DNA from: an uncultured Haloferula sp.
Lineage (GTDB): Bacteria; Verrucomicrobiota; Verrucomicrobiia; Verrucomicrobiales; Akkermansiaceae
DNA: 64,000 bases
NCBI GenBank assembly: GCA_965652295.1
Contig: CBFGTS010000002.1
Coordinates: 288,001-352,000, forward strand
Direction: 5' to 3'
The notes under the pieces are model-generated. The model was not told the DNA's origin. It saw nothing but the letters and a program-made list of their open reading frames with translations, and searched no databases. Positions within the stretch are counted from its first letter, which is position 1. Every line of letters starts with the position of its first letter. The position numbers were made by a program, and so were the translations under genes. Shown one piece after another: positions 16,731 through 26,372 of the stretch.

Positions 16731-18059
16731 TCACGCCAGCTCTTCGAGCAGCGCCTGATTGAGACGGATGCCGGCTTCGAAGTTCTCGACGGGGAAGTTC
16801 TCGTTGGGCGAGTGGATCTGGGCATCGGCCAGGGCGAGGCCGAGGAGCAGGGTATCGGCACCGAGGATTTCGCGGAAGCTCTGGATGATCGGGATGCTGC
16901 CGCCTTCGCGGATCAGGACGGGCTCCTTCCCGAAGGACTTCCGCAATGCCTGCTGGGCCGCCTTTCCAAAGACGCCGTGAGGGTCGGTGTGGTAGGGCTT
17001 GCCGTCGTGGCCGGGGATGAAATCCAGCGTCACTCCCGGCGGGCAGTGGGCCTCGAAGTGAGCGCGGACCTTGTTGAGGATGTCGGCGGGATCCTGATCG
17101 GGCACGAGCCGGAAGGAAAACTTGGCCATCGCCTCGGCGGGCAGGACGGTTTTCGAGCCCTCGCCCTGATAGCCACCGCCGATGCCGTTGACCTCGGCGG
17201 TCGGGCGGGCCCAGGTCTGCTCGGCGGGGGTGTAGCCCCGCTCGCCGAAGAGCGAGGGCGAGCCGGTGACCTCGAGGAAATCCCGCTCCGAGGTGCCGGG
17301 CACCTTGGCCCACATCTCGCGCTCCCAGGGTTCGAGCGGCTGGACGTCGTCGTAGAAGCCCTCGATCAGGACCTTGCCCGCGGCGTCGTGGAGGCTGGCG
17401 ATGAGCCGCGCCACGGCGGTCGCGGGATTCATCACCGCTCCGCCGAAAAGCCCGGAATGCAGGTCGCGCGCCGGACCGCGGACGACGATCTCGCAGCAGG
17501 AGATCCCGCGCAGTCCGTAGCCGAGGGTCGGGGTGCCGGGGGCGACCATGCCGGTGTCCGAGACGGCGATCACGTCGCAGGCCAACATTTCGCGATGCCG
17601 CTCAAGGAAGGGGGCGAGATTCGGGCTGCCGATCTCCTCCTCGCCCTCGAAGAGGAAGGTGAGGTTGACGGGCAGGTCGCCCGCCGCCGCCATGGTTTTC
17701 CCCACGCCCAACAAGTGAGCGAACATCTGGCCTTTGTTATCGGTCGCCCCGCGTGCCCAGATCCGACCGTCGCGGATTTCCGGCTGGAAAGGATCGGAGG
17801 TCCAGAGGTGGAGCGGATCCACTGGCTGGACGTCGTAGTGGCCGTAGATGAGGACGTTGCGGCGGCCGGCCCGATGGACGTTGCGGGCGATCACCACCGG
17901 GTGTCCGGGCGTCTCGTGCAGCTCGGCGGAAAGGCCGAGTTCCGTGGCCTTGGCCACCAGCCACTGCGCGCAGGCCCGGACATCCCCGACGTGGCGGGAG
18001 TCCGTGGAGATGCTGGGGAAACGAAGGAAGGCGAACAACTGCTCCAGCTCGGGCGTCAT
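16731..18059 (-). CDS. M20 family dipeptidase (ArgE/DapE/Dug1-like)
   Basis: YGHYDVQP, ARGATDNKGQ, EGEEEIGS, DLHSG, GGSIP and HSPNE motifs. Confidence 0.92.
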   Translation of the reverse strand: MTPELEQLFAFLRFPSISTDSRHVGDVRACAQWLVAKATELGLSAELHETPGHPVVIARNVHRAGRRNVLIYGHYDVQPVDPLHLWTSDPFQPEIRDGRIWARGATDNKGQMFAHLLGVGKTMAAAGDLPVNLTFLFEGEEEIGSPNLAPFLERHREMLACDVIAVSDTGMVAPGTPTLGYGLRGISCCEIVVRGPARDLHSGLFGGAVMNPATAVARLIASLHDAAGKVLIEGFYDDVQPLEPWEREMWAKVPGTSERDFLEVTGSPSLFGERGYTPAEQTWARPTAEVNGIGGGYQGEGSKTVLPAEAMAKFSFRLVPDQDPADILNKVRAHFEAHCPPGVTLDFIPGHDGKPYHTDPHGVFGKAAQQALRKSFGKEPVLIREGGSIPIIQSFREILGADTLLLGLALADAQIHSPNENFPVENFEAGIRLNQALLEELA

Positions 18060-18202
18060 GCTCCGCTTCTTGCCCGCCCGCCCCGGCAGCGACAAGGCGA
18101 AACCCCACGGCAATTTCGCCTGCTGGCACCTTTAGGCTTTGCCCCTATCCGGAAGCGGCCCTACTTTCGCAATCAAAACACCCTATCATCTTTTTTCGCC
18201 TC

Positions 18203-19774
18203 GTGAGCACAGCCCCCGCCGATCCGAAACGTCCGCGCATCCTCGTCGTCACCCCGGAGATCACCTATCTTCCGGAGGGGATGGGGAACCTGGCGCAGCG
18301 TCTTTCGGCGAAAGCCGGGGGCATGGCCGACGTCTCGGCCTCGCTGGTGAAGGCGCTCTACGACCAGGGGGCCGACGTCCACGTGGCGCTGCCGAACTAC
18401 CGGCGGATGTTCCACCTCGATGTCGCCAGCGTGCACGACTACGAGTTCGGAAAAGTCAGCCGGGCCCTGCCGGAGCAGCGCATCCACCTCGCCGAGGACC
18501 GCGTTTTCTACCATCGCTCGCGGGTTTACAGCTCCACGGAGAACCACACGCTGGCCCTCGCCTTCCAGCGCGAGGTCATCAACCACATCCTTCCCCAGGT
18601 CCGGCCCGACCTGATCCACTGCAATGACTGGATGACCGGGCTGATCCCCGCCGTGGCGAAGCGCTTCGGCATCAAGTCCCTCTTCACCCTCCACAACATC
18701 CACACCGAGCGGACGACCATGGAGGCGATCGAGGACCGCGGGATCGACGCCGCCGAGTTCTGGCAGCACATCTTTTTCTCCCGCCCGCCCCAGAGCTACG
18801 AGGAAAGCCGTACCACCAACGTGGTCGACCTCCTGACCACCGGCATCTTCGCTTCCGATCACGTCAACACCGTCAGTCCCACCTTCCTCAGCGAGGTGGT
18901 GGACGGCCTCCACCAGCACATCCCGGGACACATCCGCCACGAACTGTGGTCGAAGTGCCAGGCCGGCTGCGCCACCGGCATCCTCAACGCGCCGGATCCG
19001 TCCTATAACCCGCTCAAGGACCAGTACATCGAGGACCACTACTCGGTGGAAACGGTCATGAACGGCAAGCGCGCCAACAAGCTCCGCCTCCAGCAGGAGC
19101 TCGGACTCGAGCTCAACCCCGACGCGCCGATGCTGTTCTGGCCCTCGCGTCTCGATCCGGTGCAAAAGGGCTGCCAGCTGGTCACCGACATCCTCCATTC
19201 GATCCTGCGCGACTACGAGGACATCGGCCTTCAGGTCGCGGTCGTCGCCAGCGGCACCTTCCAGCCGCATTTCCACCACATCGCGGATCTGCACGGCATC
19301 CGCCACCGTCTCGCGGTCACCGATTTCAACGAGCGCCAGTCCCGCATCGCCTTCGCCGGCTCGGATTTCATCCTTATGCCTTCGTCCTTCGAACCCTGCG
19401 GCCTGCCCCAGATGATCGCGCCGAAGTACGGCTCGCTGACCATCGCCCACGACACCGGCGGCCTGCACGACACCGTCGAGCCACTTCAGGCCGCCCACGA
19501 CCGCGGCAACGGCTTTCTTTTCAATGTCTTCAATGCCGAGGGTCTGCGCTGGGCCATCGACCAGGCGATGCATTTCCACCGCCTGCCCTACGACGTCAAA
19601 GAGGCGCAGATCCAGCGGATCATGCGCGAGGCGAGGAACCGCTTCAACCACATGGCTACCGCCGCCGAATACATCCGCACCTACGAGCGGATGCTCGGTC
19701 GCCCGGTCTCCGGCCCGGTTTCCGCCCCAGCGGAAACGGTCAAGGCGCTCAAAGGCGTTCCTTCTCCTCCTTGA
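18203..19774 (+). CDS. glgA: Glycogen/starch synthase (GT5)
   Basis: KAGGMADV (KxGG motif), IHCNDW, TLHN, GILN, SRLDPVQKG, MPSSFEPCGLPQM and TGGLHDTV. Confidence 0.85.
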   Translation: MSTAPADPKRPRILVVTPEITYLPEGMGNLAQRLSAKAGGMADVSASLVKALYDQGADVHVALPNYRRMFHLDVASVHDYEFGKVSRALPEQRIHLAEDRVFYHRSRVYSSTENHTLALAFQREVINHILPQVRPDLIHCNDWMTGLIPAVAKRFGIKSLFTLHNIHTERTTMEAIEDRGIDAAEFWQHIFFSRPPQSYEESRTTNVVDLLTTGIFASDHVNTVSPTFLSEVVDGLHQHIPGHIRHELWSKCQAGCATGILNAPDPSYNPLKDQYIEDHYSVETVMNGKRANKLRLQQELGLELNPDAPMLFWPSRLDPVQKGCQLVTDILHSILRDYEDIGLQVAVVASGTFQPHFHHIADLHGIRHRLAVTDFNERQSRIAFAGSDFILMPSSFEPCGLPQMIAPKYGSLTIAHDTGGLHDTVEPLQAAHDRGNGFLFNVFNAEGLRWAIDQAMHFHRLPYDVKEAQIQRIMREARNRFNHMATAAEYIRTYERMLGRPVSGPVSAPAETVKALKGVPSPP

Positions 19775-20024
19775 TCACCGCCAGCGCATCAAAGAGGGCG
19801 AAGAGCATCACGAATAGGCACAGCCCCCCGCAGGCGACCCAATAAAGGGCAAAGCGGACGATCGAACCCGCCAGCCACTCATCGATCACGAACAGCCCGA
19901 TGAGGAGCATCGCGATCATCACGGCGGCAAAAATCCCCAACGCGCGACGCCGCTTCCCGCGATCGGCGAGGATTCCCGCCGCCACCGCCTTGTCGATTTC
20001 CCACTGATTGGGCCCCTTGGACAT
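19749..20024 (-). CDS. Small two-TM membrane protein
   Basis: MSKGPNQWEID... with two hydrophobic helices; convergent with glgA. Confidence 0.6.
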   Translation of the reverse strand: MSKGPNQWEIDKAVAAGILADRGKRRRALGIFAAVMIAMLLIGLFVIDEWLAGSIVRFALYWVACGGLCLFVMLFALFDALAVIKEEKERL

Positions 20025-20154
20025 GCTCGGAACCTGTGGCCATCTCCGGAGAGCGGCCAGCGGGAAATACTTCGCACAATATGACAATTCAGCCCTGTGA
20101 TGGAGACGGGGCCCCAGGAATCCGATTGGTGGAGTAAGGGCCATCCGCTCCGCC

Positions 20155-23100
20155 ATGCGTTCACCGTCTTTCCTTCTCGCTTTTCCGGCTCTGCTGCTTG
20201 GCTCGCTGGTGCTGACTCTCGTCACCCGCGAAAGCGCCCTTTCCCCGGAATCCGCCGCCGAGGTTTCGGTGGTCCGGGCACATCCGTGGCACGTCGGTGC
20301 CCTTACGCGGGAGGAGGCCGGATCGGAAATCGAACTGCCCTTCGAGCTCGACGGCATCCGGCATGCCCGGGTGATTTCCCGCGCCCAGCTTCCGGACGGC
20401 CGTCAGACCGCCAGCCTGCGCTTGGCCGGCGGCAGCGACCTTTTTCTCGTCGCCCGCGGTGACCGCTGGGAAGCCCGGGCTCTACCCCGGGGGAATGGCA
20501 ATGGTTGGCGGCTGGAGGGTGATTCCACAGGCAGCTCGCTGACCCGACTGCCGAAGTCCGCGCTGATCTGCCACAGCGATTTCGAGGTCGCCGGCCTGCC
20601 GCCGATGCTCGGCTACGAGGACGAGAATCCGGCCCCGCGGACCAAGGCTGCTGCGGCGGCAGCCGCGCCCCTCTTCCACAGTCTGGAAGGAGCCACGGCG
20701 GTGATCTACCTCGACTTCGACGGGGAAACCGTTAGCGGCACCCAGTGGAATTCGTCCTTCACCGGCGGAGCTCCGATCGTCGCCGGCGGCGCTCCGTTCA
20801 GCTCCAGCCAGATCGAGGAACTCTGGCTGGGCGTCGCCGAGGACTTCTCGCCTTTCGACATCAACGTCACCACCGACCGCGCCGCCTACGACGCCGCGCC
20901 GCTCAATCGGCGCGTCATGGTGATCTTCACGCCCGACAACGAATGGTATGGCAGTGCCGGCGGCGTGGCATACGTCGATGTTTTCGGCAGCTCCTTGATG
21001 GATCCGCCGGCCTGGGTCTTCACCGACCAGCTTTCGAACTCCGTCTCCTTCGCCGCCGAGGCCGCATCGCACGAAGCCGGCCACACCCTTGGGCTCCGGC
21101 ACGATGGCGATGCCGCCAGCGACTACCATCTGGGAAGCAGCCAATGGGCCCCCATCATGGGAGCCGCCTACAGCGCCGCCGTTTCCCAGTGGAGCAAGGG
21201 CGAATACGCCGGGGCCACCAACACCGAGGACGATCTCGCCATCATCTCCAGCTCGCGCAACGGCTTCGGCTACTATCCCGACGACCACTCGGAAACGTCC
21301 GCCGGCGCGACCGCGCTGGAGCTGGTCGGGCTCGATACGCTCGAGGGCTGGGGTTACATCGAGCGCGACTCGGACACCGACGTCTTCATGTTCCAGACCA
21401 CGGGCGGGCCGGTGGAGATCAGCGCCGACAATGCCGAGCGCGATCCGAACCTCGACATCCGCCTCGCGCTGCTCGACCAGGCCGGGAATGAAATCGCCGT
21501 CAGTGATCCTTCGTCTTCGCTCGACGCCACCTTGGCCACCTCGCTGGCCTCCGGTTCCTACTTTCTGGCGGTCACCGGCGTCGGAAACAACACGTCGGGA
21601 TATACAGGATACGGCAGCCTCGGCGAATACGAGCTACGCGTCACCGCCCCGCAAAGCACCAATCTCGCCGCGGAGATCGTTTCTCCCGCTGCGGCGGAAA
21701 TCAGCCTGCCCTACGGGACCGGCCTGCGTCTCAAAGGTCTCGCCAGTGGCGGCAGCGCCTCGTGGCTGGTTGTCCAGACTCCTTCCGGTGCCACCGTGAC
21801 CCTGTCCGATCCCAATGCGTCGGCCACCGACGCGACCTTCTCCCACGCCGGCCTCTATCAAGTCCGCTTTTCAAGCACACTGGACAGCCAACAGGAGAGC
21901 GATCTGATCACGATCGCCGTGGACGACGGGGCACCCACCTATACGACGCGCGCACCCGCCGTGGTCCTCGGAGCGGACAGGGATGTGTATGGGAACCGCA
22001 TTCAGCTCGACCCCCTCGTCACGGATGACTCTCCCTCCGGGGCGCTCACGTTTTCATGGACCGTGCTGTCGGGTCCCGCCCAGCTCACCTCGCCGAATGC
22101 TCCCACGTCCGAGCTGCTTTTCAACGCCGCCTACAGCGAGGTGCGGCTGAGGCTTGAGGTCAGCGACGGCTCGCAGATCGGCTTCGCCGAGGTCAGCCTC
22201 ACCGCTCATTTCAAAAACGCCACCTTCGCTGTCGACGGAGCCTACGCCCGGGTGCTGGTCCCCTCCTCCGCCCCTCCGGCCGGATGGGACACACCGCTTT
22301 TCAATGATTCCGCCTGGGCCGCCGGAAACCTCGGAGCGGGCTACGACACCACCCCGGGAGGAAATCCCAAGAACCCCTCGCGACGCATCCTGCTGCCGGA
22401 GATCAACCTCGACCTTGCCAGCGCGATGGATGGTTCCCGCACCACCTGCTACGTCCGCATTCCCTTCCATCTCGTGGTCGCTCCTGAAGATGTGCTCTCG
22501 CTCCAGCTCCGGATGAAGTACGACGACGGCTTCGTGGCATCCATCAACGGCATCGAAGTCGCCCGCGACAATGCCGGCAGCGGCACCCCCGCCTGGAACG
22601 CCACCGCGCCGGCGGACCGGCCGGACGAGGAAGCCCTCTCGTCGCGCACCTTCACCCTCGACCTCCCGCCCGGGACCCTCTCCGCCGGCTCGAACGTTCT
22701 TGCGATTCACGCGCTGAACTCGTCCACCGGCAGTGCCGACCGCCGTTTCCTCGTCTCTGCGGAAATGGACGGCGTGATCGCCGATCCCGATCCGGGCCTT
22801 CCCCCTCTCACTCCCTTCGTGGATCTCGTCTCGGGCATTGCCGACCCGGAGCTTCGGGGCATCGATGACGACCCCGACGGTGACGGCCTCACCAACCTTT
22901 ACGAGCACGCCACCGGCACCTCGCCCACCTCCGCCGATCCCGGCGGCCAGGTCATGCGTGCCTCCGGTCAAACCGCCTCCGTCGTCCTGCCCGAACCTCC
23001 GCCGGACGACGTTCTCTATTTCCTCGAGTATTCCGCCACTCTCGGCGGAACCTGGGACGTGCTCGCCGGGAAATCCGGCACCGGTGCGTGGACCGGCATC

Positions 23101-23208
23101 ACGCCGATCACCTCCGTGCCCGACGAAGAGGGCCACGCACGGCACAGTTTCCCCACCGGCAGCGGAACCGCCGGCTTCTACCGCCTGCGGATGGAGCTGG
23201 CGCCCTGA
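20155..23208 (+). CDS. Secreted zinc metalloprotease (metzincin) with PPC, PKD-like and galactose-binding-like domains
   Basis: N-terminal hydrophobic signal, IYLDFDG, HEAGHTLGLRH zinc motif, APIMG Met-turn, PPC-like NLDIRLALLD, and C-terminal DPDGDGLTNLYEHA...FYRLRM. Confidence 0.85.
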   Translation: MRSPSFLLAFPALLLGSLVLTLVTRESALSPESAAEVSVVRAHPWHVGALTREEAGSEIELPFELDGIRHARVISRAQLPDGRQTASLRLAGGSDLFLVARGDRWEARALPRGNGNGWRLEGDSTGSSLTRLPKSALICHSDFEVAGLPPMLGYEDENPAPRTKAAAAAAAPLFHSLEGATAVIYLDFDGETVSGTQWNSSFTGGAPIVAGGAPFSSSQIEELWLGVAEDFSPFDINVTTDRAAYDAAPLNRRVMVIFTPDNEWYGSAGGVAYVDVFGSSLMDPPAWVFTDQLSNSVSFAAEAASHEAGHTLGLRHDGDAASDYHLGSSQWAPIMGAAYSAAVSQWSKGEYAGATNTEDDLAIISSSRNGFGYYPDDHSETSAGATALELVGLDTLEGWGYIERDSDTDVFMFQTTGGPVEISADNAERDPNLDIRLALLDQAGNEIAVSDPSSSLDATLATSLASGSYFLAVTGVGNNTSGYTGYGSLGEYELRVTAPQSTNLAAEIVSPAAAEISLPYGTGLRLKGLASGGSASWLVVQTPSGATVTLSDPNASATDATFSHAGLYQVRFSSTLDSQQESDLITIAVDDGAPTYTTRAPAVVLGADRDVYGNRIQLDPLVTDDSPSGALTFSWTVLSGPAQLTSPNAPTSELLFNAAYSEVRLRLEVSDGSQIGFAEVSLTAHFKNATFAVDGAYARVLVPSSAPPAGWDTPLFNDSAWAAGNLGAGYDTTPGGNPKNPSRRILLPEINLDLASAMDGSRTTCYVRIPFHLVVAPEDVLSLQLRMKYDDGFVASINGIEVARDNAGSGTPAWNATAPADRPDEEALSSRTFTLDLPPGTLSAGSNVLAIHALNSSTGSADRRFLVSAEMDGVIADPDPGLPPLTPFVDLVSGIADPELRGIDDDPDGDGLTNLYEHATGTSPTSADPGGQVMRASGQTASVVLPEPPPDDVLYFLEYSATLGGTWDVLAGKSGTGAWTGITPITSVPDEEGHARHSFPTGSGTAGFYRLRMELAP

Positions 23209-23290
23209 TCTCCACCAGAGAACTCCGGTGGATTGACAGATCGTTCTGTCATGCGGGAAATGACAGCCGTTCCAACCCCGTAACCGCTCC

Positions 23291-24583
23291 ATGTTCCGCA
23301 CCGCCCTTCTCGCACTTTCCTTCTCCGCCGTCCTCGCCGCCCGCGAGGCACCCTCCCTCCCGGCCGATCCTCATTTCGCCCCCTACTCGCTGGACCCGGC
23401 ACCGGTCGCGGCAGAGCTGGTGTTGAAAAAGGGCGACCGTCTTGCGATCTGCGGCGACTCCATCACCGAGCAGAAGCGTTACTCGCTCATCATGGAGGCC
23501 TACCTCACCGCCTGCGTGCCGGAGCTGGAAGTGACCTGCCGCCAGTATGGCTGGGGTGGCGAAACCGCGGAGGGTTTCCTCAAACGGATGGAGAACGACG
23601 TCCTCCGCTTCGAGCCGGACGTCGCCACCACCTGCTACGGCATGAACGACTTCCGCTACGTGCCCTTCGAGCAAACCATCGCCGACGCCTACGTGCGCAA
23701 TCAGACCGAGGTCGTCCGCAAGTTCAAGCAGGCCGGCTGCGAGGTCGTTCTCGGTTCGCCGGGCATCATCGATGGCGTCCCCCACTGGCAGAACCACCCC
23801 GGCTCCACCCCGCTCAGCCTGAATCAGTCCCTTTCCGAATTCCGCAACCTCGACGTGGCCCTCGCCGCCCGCGAGGAAACCGGCTTCGCCGATGTTTTCC
23901 AGCCCATGCTCATCGCCGATTGGCAGGCGAAAAAGGCGCACGGCCCCGACTTCAAGGTCGCCGGCAAGGACGGCGTCCACCCCGGCTGGGCCGGCCACCT
24001 CACCATGGCTTACGCCTTTCTCAAGGGTCTCGGTTTCGACGGCGACCTCGGCGGCATCACCCTCCACGGTGATCGCGCCCAAGGCAGCGGCGGCCACCAG
24101 GTGAAAGAGTCGGACGGCGGGACGGTCACCATCGTCAGCACCCGTTTCCCCTTCTCTGCCGGCCCCGGCGATCTCGCCAATGACGACAGCCTCCGCGCCG
24201 GTCTCGCGCTCGTGCCCTTCGACGCCGAGCTCAACCGCTTCACTCTGCGGCTCGAGCAACCGTCCGCCGCCCGTTATGCCGTGACCTGGGGTAAGGAAAC
24301 CCGCGAATACGACGCCGCCGAGCTTGAGCAAGGCATCAACCTCGCAGCCGATTTCGTCGAGCACCCGCTGCTCGAACCCTTCCGCAAGGTGTGGGCCGCC
24401 GCCGAGCGGAAGCAGAACTACGAGACCCGCCAGATCAAGGATCTCTTCCACGGCCCCGAGGCCGCGATCGAGATGGAAACCATCGCCGATCTCACGGAAA
24501 AAGTTCACTCGAAACTCGTCGCGCAACTCGCCGAGTCCATGCAACCCGTCGAGCACCAGATCACCGTCAAGGCCCTCCCTTGA
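23291..24583 (+). CDS. Secreted SGNH/GDSL hydrolase
   Basis: Signal peptide; GDSITE, GWGGET, YGMND and DGVHP (blocks I, II, III, V). Confidence 0.85.
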   Translation: MFRTALLALSFSAVLAAREAPSLPADPHFAPYSLDPAPVAAELVLKKGDRLAICGDSITEQKRYSLIMEAYLTACVPELEVTCRQYGWGGETAEGFLKRMENDVLRFEPDVATTCYGMNDFRYVPFEQTIADAYVRNQTEVVRKFKQAGCEVVLGSPGIIDGVPHWQNHPGSTPLSLNQSLSEFRNLDVALAAREETGFADVFQPMLIADWQAKKAHGPDFKVAGKDGVHPGWAGHLTMAYAFLKGLGFDGDLGGITLHGDRAQGSGGHQVKESDGGTVTIVSTRFPFSAGPGDLANDDSLRAGLALVPFDAELNRFTLRLEQPSAARYAVTWGKETREYDAAELEQGINLAADFVEHPLLEPFRKVWAAAERKQNYETRQIKDLFHGPEAAIEMETIADLTEKVHSKLVAQLAESMQPVEHQITVKALP

Positions 24584-25091
24584 CCCGCGACAGCAGCTCC
24601 TCCGCCCGTCCCTCGGACTTCGAGATCACGCTGAACGCGCCATTCGTTTCCAGAATCACGGAGCCGGCCCGGTCGAGACCTCCCAACCCACTCGACCGCA
24701 CGGCCTGGAGGATTTCGTCGCGACTCACCCGCTCACGTTTCATCGTTTTCTCCACGAAGCTGCCGTCGTGAAAGAGCAGCGCCGGCTCGGCACGCGCCAG
24801 CTTCCGCACTGCGGCGGAGCGGACGGAGAGCCAGGTGATCAGGAACTGCAACGCGAGCAACAGGACCAGCGCGGTCACCCCCTCGGCGAGCGAGGTTTGT
24901 TTCGAGAGCATCGTGGTGGCCATGATCGAGCCCAGCGAGATCGTCACCACCAGATCGAAGGCGTTCATCTGTCCCAAACTCCGTTTGCCGGAAATCCGGA
25001 GGGAAAGGAGCAGGACGAGATAGATCGGCAGTCCGATCGCGATGGTCCGCAGGATCGCGCTCCCACTTGAGAAAAACGTGTCGTCTGGCAT
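24567..25091 (-). CDS. DUF421/YetF family membrane protein
   Basis: RISGKRSLGQMNAFDLVVTISLGS and ILETNGAFSVI. Confidence 0.85.
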   Translation of the reverse strand: MPDDTFFSSGSAILRTIAIGLPIYLVLLLSLRISGKRSLGQMNAFDLVVTISLGSIMATTMLSKQTSLAEGVTALVLLLALQFLITWLSVRSAAVRKLARAEPALLFHDGSFVEKTMKRERVSRDEILQAVRSSGLGGLDRAGSVILETNGAFSVISKSEGRAEELLSRVKGGP

Positions 25092-25376
25092 GAGGGCTTT
25101 TCTTCATGGCAGCGCGGATGCCAGCTCGTCGCGGCCCCCGAAAAGGGACCGACGCGGATGCCGTCATCCCACGGATCGTGCAACCTGCGCTTCCCGCGGC
25201 GCGGGCTGCGCCCTGACCGGTCCTCCGGCATCCCGCTTTTCCCTTGGCGCTGCGGGCACGCCTGCTGCGAAGCCGCGGGCACATCCGATGCCCGAAAACC
25301 AGTCTTCCGAAGCCACTTCCTTTTCGCAGCTCGCACGGCAAGATTTGCTTCGGGGCGGGCACTAGCGCGTGGAACG

Positions 25377-25411
25377 AAAAAGGGTGCCGACGAGCAAGCC
25401 GTCGACACCCT
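25377..25411 (-). terminator. Rho-independent terminator of the BMC operon
   Basis: Minus-strand hairpin AGGGTGTCGACG-GCTTGCT-CGTCGGCACCCT followed by TTTT, just after the dehydrogenase stop. Confidence 0.7.
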
Positions 25412-25437
25412 CTGATGCGTAGGAAAACCTCGGCCGG

Positions 25438-26364
25438 TCAGCGCGCCACCTGCGCGAGCATGTCCTGCAGCGCCTTGGCCGAAGCCTTGAGCGCCTGCTC
25501 TTCTTTCGGCCAGAGCTTCAATTGCAGATGCTTTTCCGCGCCGCCGCGGCCAACGATGGTCGGGACGCTGAGACAGACGTGACGCAGGCCGTAGCAGCCG
25601 TTCTGCAGCGAGGAAACGGGGAGCAACTGCTTGCGGTCGAGCACGATGGCATGGACGGTCTCGGCGATGGTCGCGCCGACGGCCCAGCCAGCACCTCCCT
25701 TGCGGCTGATGACTTCCGCTCCGCTCTTCTTGGTGCGCTCGAAGACCTGGCGCTGGAAATTCGCATCGCAGCCGGGCACCTCGGTCAGCGGCAGGCCACC
25801 GACGGTGGCCGACGACCACACGGGCAACATGCTATCGCCGTGTTCCCCGAGGATCAACGCCCGGACCTGCGTCGGCGCGAGTTGCAATGCCTCGGCGATG
25901 AGTGAGCGGAAGCGCGACGTGTCGAGCATGGTGCCCAGCCCGATGACCTGGTTCGACGGCAGATCGAGGAAGCTGGCGGCAAGGTGCGTGAGGATATCGA
26001 CCGGGTTCGAGACGACGAAAACGATCGCGTCCTTCTTCATGCCCGCGGACTTGATGTCGGCGATGATCTGCGAAAACAGCCCGACGTTGCGCTGGATCAG
26101 ATCGAGGCGGCTCTCGTCGGGCTTGCGCCGCAGCCCCGCGGTGATCACGAAGATATCCGAATCCTTCGCGCGCTCGTAGTCGCCCGAGTAGATCCGTTGG
26201 TCGGCCAGCGCCGCCGCACCGTGCATCAGATCGAGCGCTTCGCCGTCGGCGAGGTCCTTGTTGGCATCGAGAATCTGGATTTCGGAAACGATGCCGGCGC
26301 ACTGGAGACAGAACGCGGCGTTCGATCCGACGCGGCCTCCGCCGCCGATGATGGTCACTTTCAT
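25438..26364 (-). CDS. Lactate/malate dehydrogenase family protein (PV-BMC associated)
   Basis: KVTIIGGGGRVG Rossmann fold, ITAGLRRKPDESRLDL, VSNPVD, LDTSRF and GEHGDS. Confidence 0.9.
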   Translation of the reverse strand: MKVTIIGGGGRVGSNAAFCLQCAGIVSEIQILDANKDLADGEALDLMHGAAALADQRIYSGDYERAKDSDIFVITAGLRRKPDESRLDLIQRNVGLFSQIIADIKSAGMKKDAIVFVVSNPVDILTHLAASFLDLPSNQVIGLGTMLDTSRFRSLIAEALQLAPTQVRALILGEHGDSMLPVWSSATVGGLPLTEVPGCDANFQRQVFERTKKSGAEVISRKGGAGWAVGATIAETVHAIVLDRKQLLPVSSLQNGCYGLRHVCLSVPTIVGRGGAEKHLQLKLWPKEEQALKASAKALQDMLAQVAR

Positions 26365-26372
26365 GAAAAAAA

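Noticed and set aside
16599..18206. Long antisense ORFs (also 30214..31956, 39689..41341, 41960..43714, 50491..52542, 52784..55246, 59804..61288)
   Set aside because: They mirror well-supported genes on the opposite strand, as expected from high-GC codon bias.
25250..25365. GGCACG-N4-CTGC sigma54-like motif followed by a 25-codon ORF (MPENQSS...)
   Set aside because: The match is imperfect in GC-rich DNA and there is no support for translation.
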